Of a stretch of 58,991 nt of DNA, positions 19,080 through 28,663 are shown piece by piece. The stretch spans positions 1 to 58,991 of the IMG/VR virus record IMGVR_UViG_3300043432_000110; one strand, 5' to 3'. Position 1 is the first letter of the stretch. Every line of letters begins with the position of its first letter. Under the pieces are notes generated by a model. That model did not search any database, was not told the origin of the DNA, and saw nothing but the letters and a program-made list of their open reading frames with translations. The position numbers and the translations under genes are program-made. The DNA comes from a virus (lineage: Duplodnaviria > Caudoviricetes).

Positions 19080-19513
19080 GGATTGCTCTCTACCAAAGCA
19101 AAGGGCTGCTGTCGCGGTTCATAAAATGGCAGACGCGCAGCCCATTTTCACACGCCGCGCTGGTGTTCACGGACGACCTGCTAGTGGAGTCCATGCAGGG
19201 CGAGGGGGTGCGCGTGCGCCCGTGGAAAAGGACGCCCGACGCCGACCTGTTCCGCGTGCTGGCCATGCCGGCGCAGGAGGAGCGCATGCGCGAGTTCGCC
19301 TTGCGCCAGGTCGGCAAGCCCTACGACTACACGATGGTTGTCCGGTTCGTCACTCGGGAACAGGAGACGCGCAAGAGCAAGGGGAAGTGGTTTTGCAGCG
19401 AACTGGTGTTTGCGGCGTTCAAGTATGCGGGCATTGACCTGCTGGCGCGGACGGAGCCGTGGGAAGTGAGTCCGGGATTGCTTGCGCGAAGCCCGTTGCT
19501 GATGAAGGATTGA
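19076..19513 (+). CDS. Permuted papain-like NlpC/P60 amidase (YiiX/YebB-like)
   Basis: FSHAAL, GKPYD and WFCSELV motifs. Confidence 0.85.
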   Translation: MRIALYQSKGLLSRFIKWQTRSPFSHAALVFTDDLLVESMQGEGVRVRPWKRTPDADLFRVLAMPAQEERMREFALRQVGKPYDYTMVVRFVTREQETRKSKGKWFCSELVFAAFKYAGIDLLARTEPWEVSPGLLARSPLLMKD

Positions 19514-19517
19514 ACCT

Positions 19518-20795
19518 ATGGCAGACCGAGAACTTGAGATCGGCGTAAGGATAACCAAAACAGGCACGGCTGCCCCAGAGGTCGAACGCGACCTGAAGAA
19601 ACTTGGCACTGAGGGAAAGAAAGCCGGAGAAGCAACAAGCGCGGGATGGCTTAAAGCCGAGTCATCCGGCAGGGCTTTCCGTAAAGTAATGAACAGTATC
19701 ACGCAAGCAAGTCCGGCATTAGGACTTGTAGCGCGACTGTTTCTTAACCCACTCACCGCAGGACTGGTCGCCGCTTCGATGGCGGTGAAAGCTGTTGTAA
19801 GCGAATACAAGAAGTGGAACGAAGAGTTGGACGCGGCGGCGGCAAGAGCCGGAAAGGCAATAGGACCGACATCAGATCAAATGAAGTCGTTGTCTGATTC
19901 GGTTGAGCAGGCGACCGACAAGTTCAACGCCGCGCAGCAGGCATTGGCCAAATGGGCAGAACACGCCAAGGCGGCGATCAACGCCGAACTTGAATCTATA
20001 AAAGCCCTGATAAATGCAAACATTGAGCTGGCCAAACTCACCCAGCCAAAAGAGGAGGCGAAGAAAGCAGAGCAGGCCGGGACTGCCGCGAAGGCTGCGG
20101 CTGAACTAAACGCAAAACGAGAAACAGCACGGGTCCAAGCCGAACAACAGAAGCAGAGAGAAAGCGCAGCGGCTAGTTTCAAGGCTGTAATTAAGCAGAC
20201 CGAAACGTTGGTTGGTCCTCGCTCGAAAGCGGGGGCTGCTGAAAGGCTGGCAATGCTCGGGGCGGAAGGAACGAATGTTGATGAGGCATTGAAAGAGGCT
20301 GAGAAGATTGAGAAGGAGACGCCAGAAACAGTCACAAAAACAAATTGGCTCGGGTCGGGGACGCGTCAAGAAGCAAATCCGAAGTGGGCAGAAGCAAACG
20401 CACGGGTGCAGATGCTTCGCCGTAGAAAAAATCAAATAGCCGCCTTGCGCGGAGCTTACGGGGCTCGCGTTTCTGCGACTGAAGCGTTGGAAAAACTGCA
20501 GCCGGAAATTGCAGCGGGAACAGCTGCGGCGGCCACATCTGAACTAGACTACCAGACCTCCGTAGGTGTTGAACTTCGCCGCCAACAAGGCGTGGCCTTC
20601 GGTAATGCAGCCGGAGCTTTTGCTGGAAAGACCGGCGCTGCCGCATCACTCAACCCGACGCAGTTAGTTGAAGCCGTTAAAGCTGCTGCACAGTATGCCG
20701 AAGCCTACAAGCTACTTGCCGGAGAGATCATCGCGCAAGGCGCTAAAATCTCGGCTGCCATGAAGGCGGTGCAGGCAGCGAAAGAAAACCCATGA
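19518..20795 (+). CDS. Tape measure-like protein (short)
   Basis: Ala/Lys-rich helical; FLNPLTAGLVAA motif. Confidence 0.6.
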   Translation: MADRELEIGVRITKTGTAAPEVERDLKKLGTEGKKAGEATSAGWLKAESSGRAFRKVMNSITQASPALGLVARLFLNPLTAGLVAASMAVKAVVSEYKKWNEELDAAAARAGKAIGPTSDQMKSLSDSVEQATDKFNAAQQALAKWAEHAKAAINAELESIKALINANIELAKLTQPKEEAKKAEQAGTAAKAAAELNAKRETARVQAEQQKQRESAAASFKAVIKQTETLVGPRSKAGAAERLAMLGAEGTNVDEALKEAEKIEKETPETVTKTNWLGSGTRQEANPKWAEANARVQMLRRRKNQIAALRGAYGARVSATEALEKLQPEIAAGTAAAATSELDYQTSVGVELRRQQGVAFGNAAGAFAGKTGAAASLNPTQLVEAVKAAAQYAEAYKLLAGEIIAQGAKISAAMKAVQAAKENP

Positions 20796-22615
20796 CCACC
20801 CTGACCTACAACGGCACGGAGAAGTCGCTGGCCGGCTGGGGCATTGCGTTGTCGAGCGCAAGGAGGTCGCTGAACCAGCAGGCGTCTGACACCTACTCGT
20901 TTTCGATACCTGTAACCAGCGTCACGACGGCGATGGTGTTCGACTTCGACGAACAGATCGTCATACGGCGCGGACGCAAGCTCACGGGTGGCGCGTGGTC
21001 GGATGAAGCCGGGGCGCGGTGCGTGTTCGTGGGCTACATCAGCTCTCAGGTCGTGGACGGGGCGGGTGACAGCGTGCGGCAGAACTACGAAGCGACGAAC
21101 CTCTGGCGTTGGTTGGAAAGCACGCCCTACCAGCAGCCGGTTTCGTGCTACGCGAATGCGAAGGTGCAGAAGTACCAGACCGGCATCCTGCTGTTCACAA
21201 AACTAAGCGAAGGAAGCGCGGTTGACCCAAGGGAAAGCACGACAACGGCGGGCGTTCTCATTTACATCACGAACGGCTGGCAGATCGAGCTTGTGCTGAA
21301 GCACGCGCTGAAGGCGTGGCAGGACCAAGGCTACGGGACGCTGTTCACCATCGGGACGATTGACCCGGACATCTATTTCCCGTCGTTCTACGTGCAGGAG
21401 ATTTCGTGCGCGGCGGCGATCATCAAGTGTCTGGAGGACGAACCAAGCGCGAGCGTCTGGTGGGACTACAACACCTCGCCGCCGACGATCCACGTTCGCA
21501 GGCGCGCTGGACTGACGCCGGTGAACATGGCGCTGGCCGATGGCGTGAGCAGCAAGAGCCTGATGGTACGGCCGCGTTACGATCTGCAAGTGTCGTCCGT
21601 CATCATTTACTACGTGACAACCGGGACGGTGGACGGCGTGGTGTGGAAGTATGTAACGCCGGACATGTGGGGCACGAACGACGGCGGCGCGACAAATGGC
21701 GCGAACCTTGGGCCGACCGCTGGCTATGGTGTCTTGATCCAGACGATTGACCTGGAAGGATCGCAGGTGACGCACGTTCGCAGCACGATAGACGTTCAAC
21801 CGCTGGTGCGCGGGCCGCGACGGGAACTGAGCGAGACTTCCGGGACGGGTGGAGTCCCGACCAACCTTCAGCAGCTTGCTTGGTGGATCAGCACGCGAGG
21901 CGGTGGCAAGACCGAGTTTGCGGACCAGAGCCGGGTGACGTGGGCGGATATTCAGTTTGGCGAGTGGACGTGCAAGGACGAGGCTGGGGCTGACATTGAC
22001 ATCTCCGTTTACAAGAACCGGCTCGTCACAGGTACGGTCATGCCGTGGATGAAAACCACCGGCAACAGTGCCATCCTGACCAAGCGAGCGATCATCAGCG
22101 TGTGGACCAAGTACACCGAGTGGGGCTGGATTTCAGTGCTTGGCGTCCCGGCCATCTACGCTCCATCGAGCCAGTATGCTGAGAAGCAGATCACATGCAG
22201 CGTGACGCTCACCAACGGCGAGTCCGGGGAGTATTCGACGGTGGACACGTTCCTTGCCGGCGAGGCCATTCCAGTCGGCGTGGCGCACACGCTCTACGAC
22301 CAGTTCGCTCCGTTGCAATGGGAAGGGAACAACGCCGTGGTGTCGGCGGACGCCGGTGAGCCGGTCCACCTCGGCAACCTGTTGAACCTAACAAACGGGC
22401 AGACGGCGTGGGCTAGCATGAACGCGATGGTGCGGACAGTCGAGGACGCGGAAGGATCGGGCGATGTGACGGTGGGGTTCGGCCCGCCGAGGCACTTGGG
22501 CGCCCGGGAACTGTGCGACCTGCAACTGAACAACCGGCAGCGGCGCGTCTGGAAAAACCCGCTGACGATTGAGACGGGGCAGGCGGGCGACAGCGGTGGA
22601 GACTTGAACTTGTGA
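20792..22615 (+). CDS. Tail tip/hub protein
   Basis: 607 aa after TMP; C-terminal VHLGNLLNL...VTVGFG hub-like segment. Confidence 0.55.
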   Translation: MTTLTYNGTEKSLAGWGIALSSARRSLNQQASDTYSFSIPVTSVTTAMVFDFDEQIVIRRGRKLTGGAWSDEAGARCVFVGYISSQVVDGAGDSVRQNYEATNLWRWLESTPYQQPVSCYANAKVQKYQTGILLFTKLSEGSAVDPRESTTTAGVLIYITNGWQIELVLKHALKAWQDQGYGTLFTIGTIDPDIYFPSFYVQEISCAAAIIKCLEDEPSASVWWDYNTSPPTIHVRRRAGLTPVNMALADGVSSKSLMVRPRYDLQVSSVIIYYVTTGTVDGVVWKYVTPDMWGTNDGGATNGANLGPTAGYGVLIQTIDLEGSQVTHVRSTIDVQPLVRGPRRELSETSGTGGVPTNLQQLAWWISTRGGGKTEFADQSRVTWADIQFGEWTCKDEAGADIDISVYKNRLVTGTVMPWMKTTGNSAILTKRAIISVWTKYTEWGWISVLGVPAIYAPSSQYAEKQITCSVTLTNGESGEYSTVDTFLAGEAIPVGVAHTLYDQFAPLQWEGNNAVVSADAGEPVHLGNLLNLTNGQTAWASMNAMVRTVEDAEGSGDVTVGFGPPRHLGARELCDLQLNNRQRRVWKNPLTIETGQAGDSGGDLNL

Positions 22616-22938
22616 ACACTCCTGACTTTAACAGCGCAACCGGGTTTCGGACCAAGGAGGCGGAGTTTCTTTACTCAGCCATCACCTCGTCAACGTGGAT
22701 GCGCGTGTCGGTGGACGCGGCGGAACAGAAGATCATCATGGACGTAGTGGAGAGCGACGGGGCGGGGGGCGTCCAGAACGTCGCTGGGTCAATCAGCATC
22801 AGCCTGAGCTTTGACGACCTGACAGCCTACGGCGGATCGAACAAGGAAGTGAAGCTGCGCGAGTTCCAGTTCAAAGACCCGTCCACGTGCGCGTGGAAGC
22901 GCATCTGCGTTCTCTGCACCGAGCCGGAAGCCGTCTGA
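22612..22938 (+). CDS. Hypothetical tail protein
   Basis: Coupled ORF. Confidence 0.6.
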   Translation: MNTPDFNSATGFRTKEAEFLYSAITSSTWMRVSVDAAEQKIIMDVVESDGAGGVQNVAGSISISLSFDDLTAYGGSNKEVKLREFQFKDPSTCAWKRICVLCTEPEAV

Positions 22939-22941
22939 CCT

Positions 22942-24072
22942 ATGGCGCAGGAGATGGACAACTGCTGCGGCTGCACCTCTGGGGCGGCGCCATACACGCT
23001 TTACATCGCGGCCTACAAACAATGGCGCGGCTGGTGGCCGTTCGGGCATGACCCGGCGACGGAGTTGCTGACGAAGAAGTACCGGAAGCTCAAGGTGCGC
23101 GTGGACATCGCGGACAGTGACCCGCAGCCGGTCTGCACCGGGAGCGCGATGACGAGCGACGGGCTGTGGAGCGAAGCGGAATACGAATACGACCAGTTCA
23201 TGTTGCGGGCGCCGATGGCCGGACCTTTCGGGTGGGGTTACGAGCCGAGTTCGCTCAGTCTCTATACAACGACCTTCTCGCGCTACACGGACATCAGCGA
23301 CGGTGGCACGGTCAAGCTGACGTGGGACAGCGGCGAGTGTGCTTCGAGGACGGTGACGGACCCCTACTCGGCTTATGGCTCGCCGGGCTTCACGAACTTC
23401 CCTTTCCCGCTGGACTGCACCGAGCCAGCCTCGGTGAACCACCCGGCGCTGAACATCATCACGACGGTCGGAATCATCGTCGGCAACACGCCCGACTCAA
23501 CCACCGTCGTCAACGACTACACGATGGTTCTAGTCTATTCTTACGCCGGCACACAGACGATCACCGTCACGCTCACGCTAAGCGATCTTTACACGCAAGA
23601 AGACCTGATGGCGGACTGCAACGCGTTGCTGGCCGAAGTGACTTATGGCGACACGGTGCTGGTCGGCGTGGACGACGCTTACACCTCGCGCACGGTAGCG
23701 GCGGGCGACCTGGAGCTATGTCTGATCACCGAGCAAAACTTGTGCGAGTCCGGGTCTGTGCAACAAGCGTTCACCGTCACGGCAGCCGGGCCGGTCATGC
23801 CGGCGTCGTGCTGGGGCTACTCGCAGAACGCCATCCGCTACTGGGACGGGCAGGGCGCTTACATGTGCAAGTCGCGCACGGTCCTTGTCCCGGCAGTCAC
23901 CGCCTGCAAACTGGCCGGCAGCATGAGCAAGAGCCTGACAGACGAATACACCTGTGGCAGCGTGACATGCCTGGCTACCGGCCTGAGCGGGACGATAGAC
24001 GTGACGCCGAGCGACGTGGGCGGTCTGGGCATCGCAACTGTAAAAGCCGATGAACCCTGTCCAGAATGTTGA
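22942..24072 (+). CDS. Cys-rich virion protein
   Basis: N-terminal CCGC, C-terminal CPEC, Thr-rich. Confidence 0.6.
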   Translation: MAQEMDNCCGCTSGAAPYTLYIAAYKQWRGWWPFGHDPATELLTKKYRKLKVRVDIADSDPQPVCTGSAMTSDGLWSEAEYEYDQFMLRAPMAGPFGWGYEPSSLSLYTTTFSRYTDISDGGTVKLTWDSGECASRTVTDPYSAYGSPGFTNFPFPLDCTEPASVNHPALNIITTVGIIVGNTPDSTTVVNDYTMVLVYSYAGTQTITVTLTLSDLYTQEDLMADCNALLAEVTYGDTVLVGVDDAYTSRTVAAGDLELCLITEQNLCESGSVQQAFTVTAAGPVMPASCWGYSQNAIRYWDGQGAYMCKSRTVLVPAVTACKLAGSMSKSLTDEYTCGSVTCLATGLSGTIDVTPSDVGGLGIATVKADEPCPEC

Positions 24073-24391
24073 CACGCTCCTGCGATGGAGCGGATCGGGA
24101 ACGAGGTTGCGGCGAGTAGGAAGATCGCCACAAGCTACCAAGCCGCTCCCCGCACTGTCTGTGGGGCGTGCTGAACCTGTGCCAAGGGACAAGTGGCCGC
24201 TCTGGGCCAAGGGCGTCGCCCTAGCGAGGGGAGGTCAAGACAAGGGCGTGGGTGACACGGTCGAGCGGGCGGTCGGGCCTGTCGGCGGAGAGGCGTTCAA
24301 GCAGTGGTACCTGAACACGTTCGGCAAGCCGTGCGGGTGCGACGGCAGGAAAGAATCGTGGAACACACTCTACCCATACGACGGAAAGTAG
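24050..24391 (+). CDS. Small protein with GVGDTVE...PCGCxxRKxxWN motif
   Basis: Motif recalled from phage tail-end genes. Confidence 0.55.
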   Translation: MNPVQNVDTLLRWSGSGTRLRRVGRSPQATKPLPALSVGRAEPVPRDKWPLWAKGVALARGGQDKGVGDTVERAVGPVGGEAFKQWYLNTFGKPCGCDGRKESWNTLYPYDGK

Positions 24392-24469
24392 CCGACTGGA
24401 AGGCCGGCCACCTCCTGCGGCACATGAAGCGCGAGGCTTTGAGATTTCGGCGCAACGCCGGAAGCAAAC

Positions 24470-24949
24470 ATGAAAACAAAACAACAGTTGGCAGACTACA
24501 TCCTGGCTCGTCCAGGAATAACGAACTCAAGGATCAAACAGAACCTCCACCCGCATGGCGTGACGGACGCCTACATTGACGCGGCCAGGAGCGACCTTCC
24601 TGACCTTCCTCAGTCGGGGGAAACTGATAAACGGGAAGTGCGTCGGCCCAAGAAAACTGGCGCGATGAGCCGGGCGGAGTTCGCGGCCAAGTACGACAAC
24701 GACACGCGCCTGCGCGTGGCCATCCGTGGGGGCGTGGCGAGCCTGACCGACGCCGACGAGATACTTGAGGACTCCGTGTTCAGGACGCAGCGGTGCGGGA
24801 ACGTCCACTGCAACCGTTTCCGGCAGGTGGCGGAAGAGCCGGAGTTTCGGAAGTACCAGTTGTCCAAGGGCGGCAAGTCGTTCTGGTCGCACCCGTCCGG
24901 GGTAAAGTGGGCGCTGGAAAACGTGGAAGGAGCAACGGGGCTGTTATGA
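24470..24949 (+). CDS. Hypothetical protein
   Basis: A-rich upstream region; coupled to next gene. Confidence 0.7.
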   Translation: MKTKQQLADYILARPGITNSRIKQNLHPHGVTDAYIDAARSDLPDLPQSGETDKREVRRPKKTGAMSRAEFAAKYDNDTRLRVAIRGGVASLTDADEILEDSVFRTQRCGNVHCNRFRQVAEEPEFRKYQLSKGGKSFWSHPSGVKWALENVEGATGLL

Positions 24950-25980
24950 AATTGAACGAGTTCAAGTCAAAGCACGACCCGACTGACGAGGTGCGTCACC
25001 TGCGGGCACAGGTCGCCGAGCTGGAGGGCCGGCTGGAGTCGAAGAAGGTAGCCAGCGGGCAGGTGCGCGAGGCGATGGATGTCGTGCTGTGCGAGGTGGA
25101 ACAGTTCTCTCCGCGCAAACCGGCTGAGATACGAAAGAGCAGCGGGCTGGTGAGCACGCCGGTGGTCCACTGTGTCCACGCGACGGACTGGCACGTGGGC
25201 CAGCAGACCAACCCGGCGCACGTTGAGGAGTTCGGCGCGTTCAACCTGGCTCTGGCCGAAGCCCGCGTGGCGAAGTTCGCCGAGCGCGTGGTCCACCAGA
25301 CCGAAGTCATGCGCGGCAGCTACCGCGTGCCGAAGTGCCACGTCATCGGGACGGCGGACTGGGTCAGCGGCGACATCCACGAGGAGCTGAGCCGCACGAA
25401 CGAAGTGCCGTGCCCGGTTCAGGCCGTCCGGGCGGGCTACCTGCTTGGCGGGTTCGTTTACCAGCTCTCGGCGCACTTCGAGAGCGTGGAGGTTGACGCC
25501 ATCACGGCGGGCAACCACGACCGGATCACGCGCAAGCCGCAGTGCGAGGACGGCGGGCTCAACTCGTGGGGCTACGTCGCCTGCGCTATCGCGGAGCAGC
25601 ACTGCCGCAACCTCAAGAACGTGAAGTGGAACACGCACGTCGGGCTGAGCAAGGTCGTCAACGTCGGCGGGCAGCGCTACCTGATAGCGCACGGGGACGG
25701 CATCCTCGGGACGTGGGGCATCCCGTTCTACGGCATCGAGCGGCGGAAGCAAAGGGAGGCGACCGCCCGCATGAACATGCCGGAGGCGGCGCACTTCGAC
25801 AAGATCGTGATCGGCCACTTCCACACGGCGCTGAACCACGAGCACTGGATGATCGGCGGCAGCCTGAGCGGAACGACCGCGTTCGACCACAAGGAAGGGC
25901 GTCACAGCAAGCCGCACCAGACGAGTTGGTTCGTCCACCACGAACACGGCGAGTTCTGCTGGAACAGGTGGTGGCTGTGA
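24946..25980 (+). CDS. Calcineurin-like metallophosphoesterase
   Basis: DWHVG, GDIHEE, GNHDR, HGD and GHFH motifs. Confidence 0.88.
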   Translation: MKLNEFKSKHDPTDEVRHLRAQVAELEGRLESKKVASGQVREAMDVVLCEVEQFSPRKPAEIRKSSGLVSTPVVHCVHATDWHVGQQTNPAHVEEFGAFNLALAEARVAKFAERVVHQTEVMRGSYRVPKCHVIGTADWVSGDIHEELSRTNEVPCPVQAVRAGYLLGGFVYQLSAHFESVEVDAITAGNHDRITRKPQCEDGGLNSWGYVACAIAEQHCRNLKNVKWNTHVGLSKVVNVGGQRYLIAHGDGILGTWGIPFYGIERRKQREATARMNMPEAAHFDKIVIGHFHTALNHEHWMIGGSLSGTTAFDHKEGRHSKPHQTSWFVHHEHGEFCWNRWWL

Positions 25981-26077
25981 CGCACGACCAAGCCATGTTC
26001 GCGCTCGGGATCGCGCTGTTGGTCGCGCCGGTGCTGTTCCTGTGCGCGGCCTACTTCAAGAACGGAGGGCCGTGGCT

Positions 26078-26290
26078 GTGAGCCTCGCCGACGACTTCAT
26101 CGGCCTGGTCTGGCGCAAGAACCCACGCCTGCGGGACGCCGACCGGCTGTCCATGAGCACGGCGGAGTACGAGCGCAGCCTGCGGTTGGCCGTGGAGTTC
26201 GGCGAGCGCGAGACGCTGGCCAAGCTGAAAGCGAAGGACGACGCCCTGCTGCCGGAAGGTTTCGAGGCGCTGTTCGGAAAGTTCAAATGA
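26078..26290 (+). CDS. Hypothetical protein
   Basis: Coupled ORF. Confidence 0.5.
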   Translation: MSLADDFIGLVWRKNPRLRDADRLSMSTAEYERSLRLAVEFGERETLAKLKAKDDALLPEGFEALFGKFK

Positions 26291-26537
26291 AAGTCCTCCG
26301 CCGACGATATACTCACGATGGTGTAAGCGAGCCTGACGCAGCCGCAAGGTCTGACAGCACAAGCACGCCCCCGCCGCCAAAACCCGAGAGGGCATGCGGC
26401 TCAAGGCAGGATGAAAGGGGTAGGGCGGGTGAAAGACCCGCTCGTGAGTCCTACGCGAAAGCGCAGGTCTGGATAGACGAAACCGGGTTTCACCTGGAGT
26501 TCATGCCGCTGGGCGAAACTGAAGTGGGAGACGCCGC

Positions 26538-26636
26538 ATGAGCGAGATGGTCTGCGAGCTGTGCGGGTGCGGCATGGTCCGGTGCGCCGACGGCTGGGTC
26601 TGCCCGGAGTGCGGCTTCAAGGTGGAGGACGAGTGA
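26538..26636 (+). CDS. 32-aa zinc-ribbon peptide
   Basis: MSEMVCELCGCGMVRCADGWVCPECGFKVEDE; overlaps neighbours at both ends. Confidence 0.55.
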   Translation: MSEMVCELCGCGMVRCADGWVCPECGFKVEDE

Positions 26637-27136
26637 GAACTGAACTGCTACTGCTTATGAGCCTGATCGTCTGCGGCTGCGCCGGACAGCGCGGCTTCCC
26701 GCCCAAGGACCAGATACAGAACTTCGACGTTGTGGACGCTCACTTGTGCCGCGGTGCTCAGCCGAACGCCGCCGGCCTGGAAGCGCTGGCCAAGTCGGGC
26801 GTCACGCTCGTGCTGAACCTGCGGCGCGGCGACACGTGGCTCGATGAATGGAGGGTCTGCAACTCGCTCGGCATGGACTACAAGGAGGTCGGCCTGAGCG
26901 GTGTCGTCTCCCCGAAGCAGTCGGACCTGCGCCGGATCGTCCGCATGATAGACGAGCACACCGGCAAGGTGTTCGTCCATTGTCAGTTCGGGTGCGACCG
27001 TACCGGAGTTGTGGTGGCCTGTTACAGAATTGGCCGAGGCATGTCGCCGGAAGAGGCTTACAAGGATGCGCGGTTTCACGGCTTTTCGCCTATCTTCACC
27101 GGCTTCCGCGACGTGATCCTGAACTACAAGCCGTGA
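26633..27136 (+). CDS. Lipoprotein Cys-dependent (PTP/dual-specificity) phosphatase
   Basis: Lipobox IVCG|C; RGAQP, VLNLR and HCQFGCDRTG (HCx5R). Confidence 0.88.
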   Translation: MRTELLLLMSLIVCGCAGQRGFPPKDQIQNFDVVDAHLCRGAQPNAAGLEALAKSGVTLVLNLRRGDTWLDEWRVCNSLGMDYKEVGLSGVVSPKQSDLRRIVRMIDEHTGKVFVHCQFGCDRTGVVVACYRIGRGMSPEEAYKDARFHGFSPIFTGFRDVILNYKP

Positions 27137-27447
27137 ACGCTTTCAAGCTCTTCCGCCGGCGCAAGGACGGCACGCTCGGACCTTTGTTCATCAACCGCCG
27201 ACAGGTCGTCCCGGTCGGCCAGTGGCTCGCCGCAGAGGCCCACCCGACCCGTGGCTTCGCCTACAGGCCAGGCTGGCACGCCGCGCCTAGTCCTACCGCC
27301 CCGCACCTCAAAGCGCGGCTGGCGAGCGGCGAGCGGCGCGTGTGGTGCGCCGTGGAGGTCGAGGACACCGTGCCGTTGCTGAGGCCGGCCAGCCAGGGCG
27401 GCACGTGGTTCCTGGCGCAGCGGATCAAGGTCGTTGAGGTGTTGTGA
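27133..27447 (+). CDS. Conserved phage hypothetical protein
   Basis: KLFRxRKDGTLGPLFIN...RPGWH...APHL motif. Confidence 0.65.
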   Translation: MNAFKLFRRRKDGTLGPLFINRRQVVPVGQWLAAEAHPTRGFAYRPGWHAAPSPTAPHLKARLASGERRVWCAVEVEDTVPLLRPASQGGTWFLAQRIKVVEVL

Positions 27448-27617
27448 TCAAACACTCGAAACAGCGTCTGAAGCGCGACCGGGAAGCCCGCGTCAGGCGG
27501 CGGCGGCTGCGCGAGATTGAGGAGGTCAGCGCCAGAATCTACATGCGCGAAATGTTCCTGGACTGCACCGGGCTGGACAGCGACGGCGGCAAAGGAAAGG
27601 TCAGCATGCCTGCCATT

Positions 27618-27902
27618 TCACAGCAATAGCGGCGTGCCGTTAGGCTTCTGCTTTCGAGGTTTCCTTTCCGCAAACAAACCCGGCGCGGTGTTTCCTTCAA
27701 GCAGTTCGCGCCGCGTTTTCCTGTCTGTGCCGCTCAGCCGCAAGATCAGTTGCCAGTCTTCGTCTGACACCTCCTGACCGACCAGGTTGGCGAGCCAGCC
27801 TTTCTGCGGCGGCCACGGCACTTTGAGCAGGGCGAGTTGCGCCCGGTTGAACCCCTCGCCGCGTGTGCCGGCGCTGTGAATGATTTCACGGGTGAGCTTC
27901 AT
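27618..27902 (-). CDS. Hypothetical protein
   Basis: Coupled to upstream minus-strand gene. Confidence 0.65.
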   Translation of the reverse strand: MKLTREIIHSAGTRGEGFNRAQLALLKVPWPPQKGWLANLVGQEVSDEDWQLILRLSGTDRKTRRELLEGNTAPGLFAERKPRKQKPNGTPLLL

Positions 27903-28651
27903 GCCGACGCCCTCCCGATTCTAGCCTCAAGCCCAACAAGGAAGGCTTTCAGATTGCGGATAGGCTGCCAACGGTTGTTCGGTTTGCTCCACACCCGCCA
28001 CTTGTGCCGGCACAGGTGCGCGTAAAGGTCGGGCCGGTAGTCGAGCAAGGTCGGTGCGCAGTCGGAAGCCAGGGCCTCAAATTCCGGCTGCGACAGGTAG
28101 GACTTAGGGACGGGGAGGGCGTCTAAGAGTTGTTCCTTGCTTCTGGGGTCTGGCTTCCATTCTGGGGAAACGGAGCGCGGCGCTGGCGGCGCGTCCTCTT
28201 TAGCCTCTTTAGACAATAGTTTTTCTTTCCTATGGTCCTTCTTAGCCTCCGCGCCTCCGCTTTGCGTGTTCTTGCAACGCGGACGGTCGCCTTTGTTTGC
28301 AGGGGTTTTAGTGCTCCAGCAACGGTCTGCTGGATCGCTGCGCTGTTCTGGGGCAACCGGGGAGTCGAAGAATGTCCAGACGGAGTTTGACCACCGGGCG
28401 TTGGCGTCCCGTTCCTGGGTGTAAACGGCGTAGCCGGCACGCTCAAGCTCGTGGAGCGTTGCCCGGATAGCTGAAACGCCTTCTGTGCCGCGTCCTTTGA
28501 GCCAGGTCGGGCCGGCTTGCCAGTCGGAGACGTTGGACAGGATCATGGCCAGCATGCCACGGGCGCGGAAGCTGAGCGAGTTGTCCCGAAGCATGGCGTT
28601 CGGGAGGGTGGTAAAGTTCGCCGTCAGGCGGGTGCGGAAGATCGTCTGCAT
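27899..28651 (-). CDS. Winged-HTH replication-initiator-like protein
   Basis: NFTTLPNAMLRDNSLSFRARGML...ELERAGY N-terminal motif. Confidence 0.7.
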   Translation of the reverse strand: MQTIFRTRLTANFTTLPNAMLRDNSLSFRARGMLAMILSNVSDWQAGPTWLKGRGTEGVSAIRATLHELERAGYAVYTQERDANARWSNSVWTFFDSPVAPEQRSDPADRCWSTKTPANKGDRPRCKNTQSGGAEAKKDHRKEKLLSKEAKEDAPPAPRSVSPEWKPDPRSKEQLLDALPVPKSYLSQPEFEALASDCAPTLLDYRPDLYAHLCRHKWRVWSKPNNRWQPIRNLKAFLVGLEARIGRASA

Positions 28652-28663
28652 GGTGTCGTCCTT

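Noticed and set aside
28125-28150. Gapped self-match of array unit 3 (12/16) in the wHTH gene, and a similar one near 13450
   Set aside because: Two equally good unrelated hits found by eye; this level of match is expected by chance
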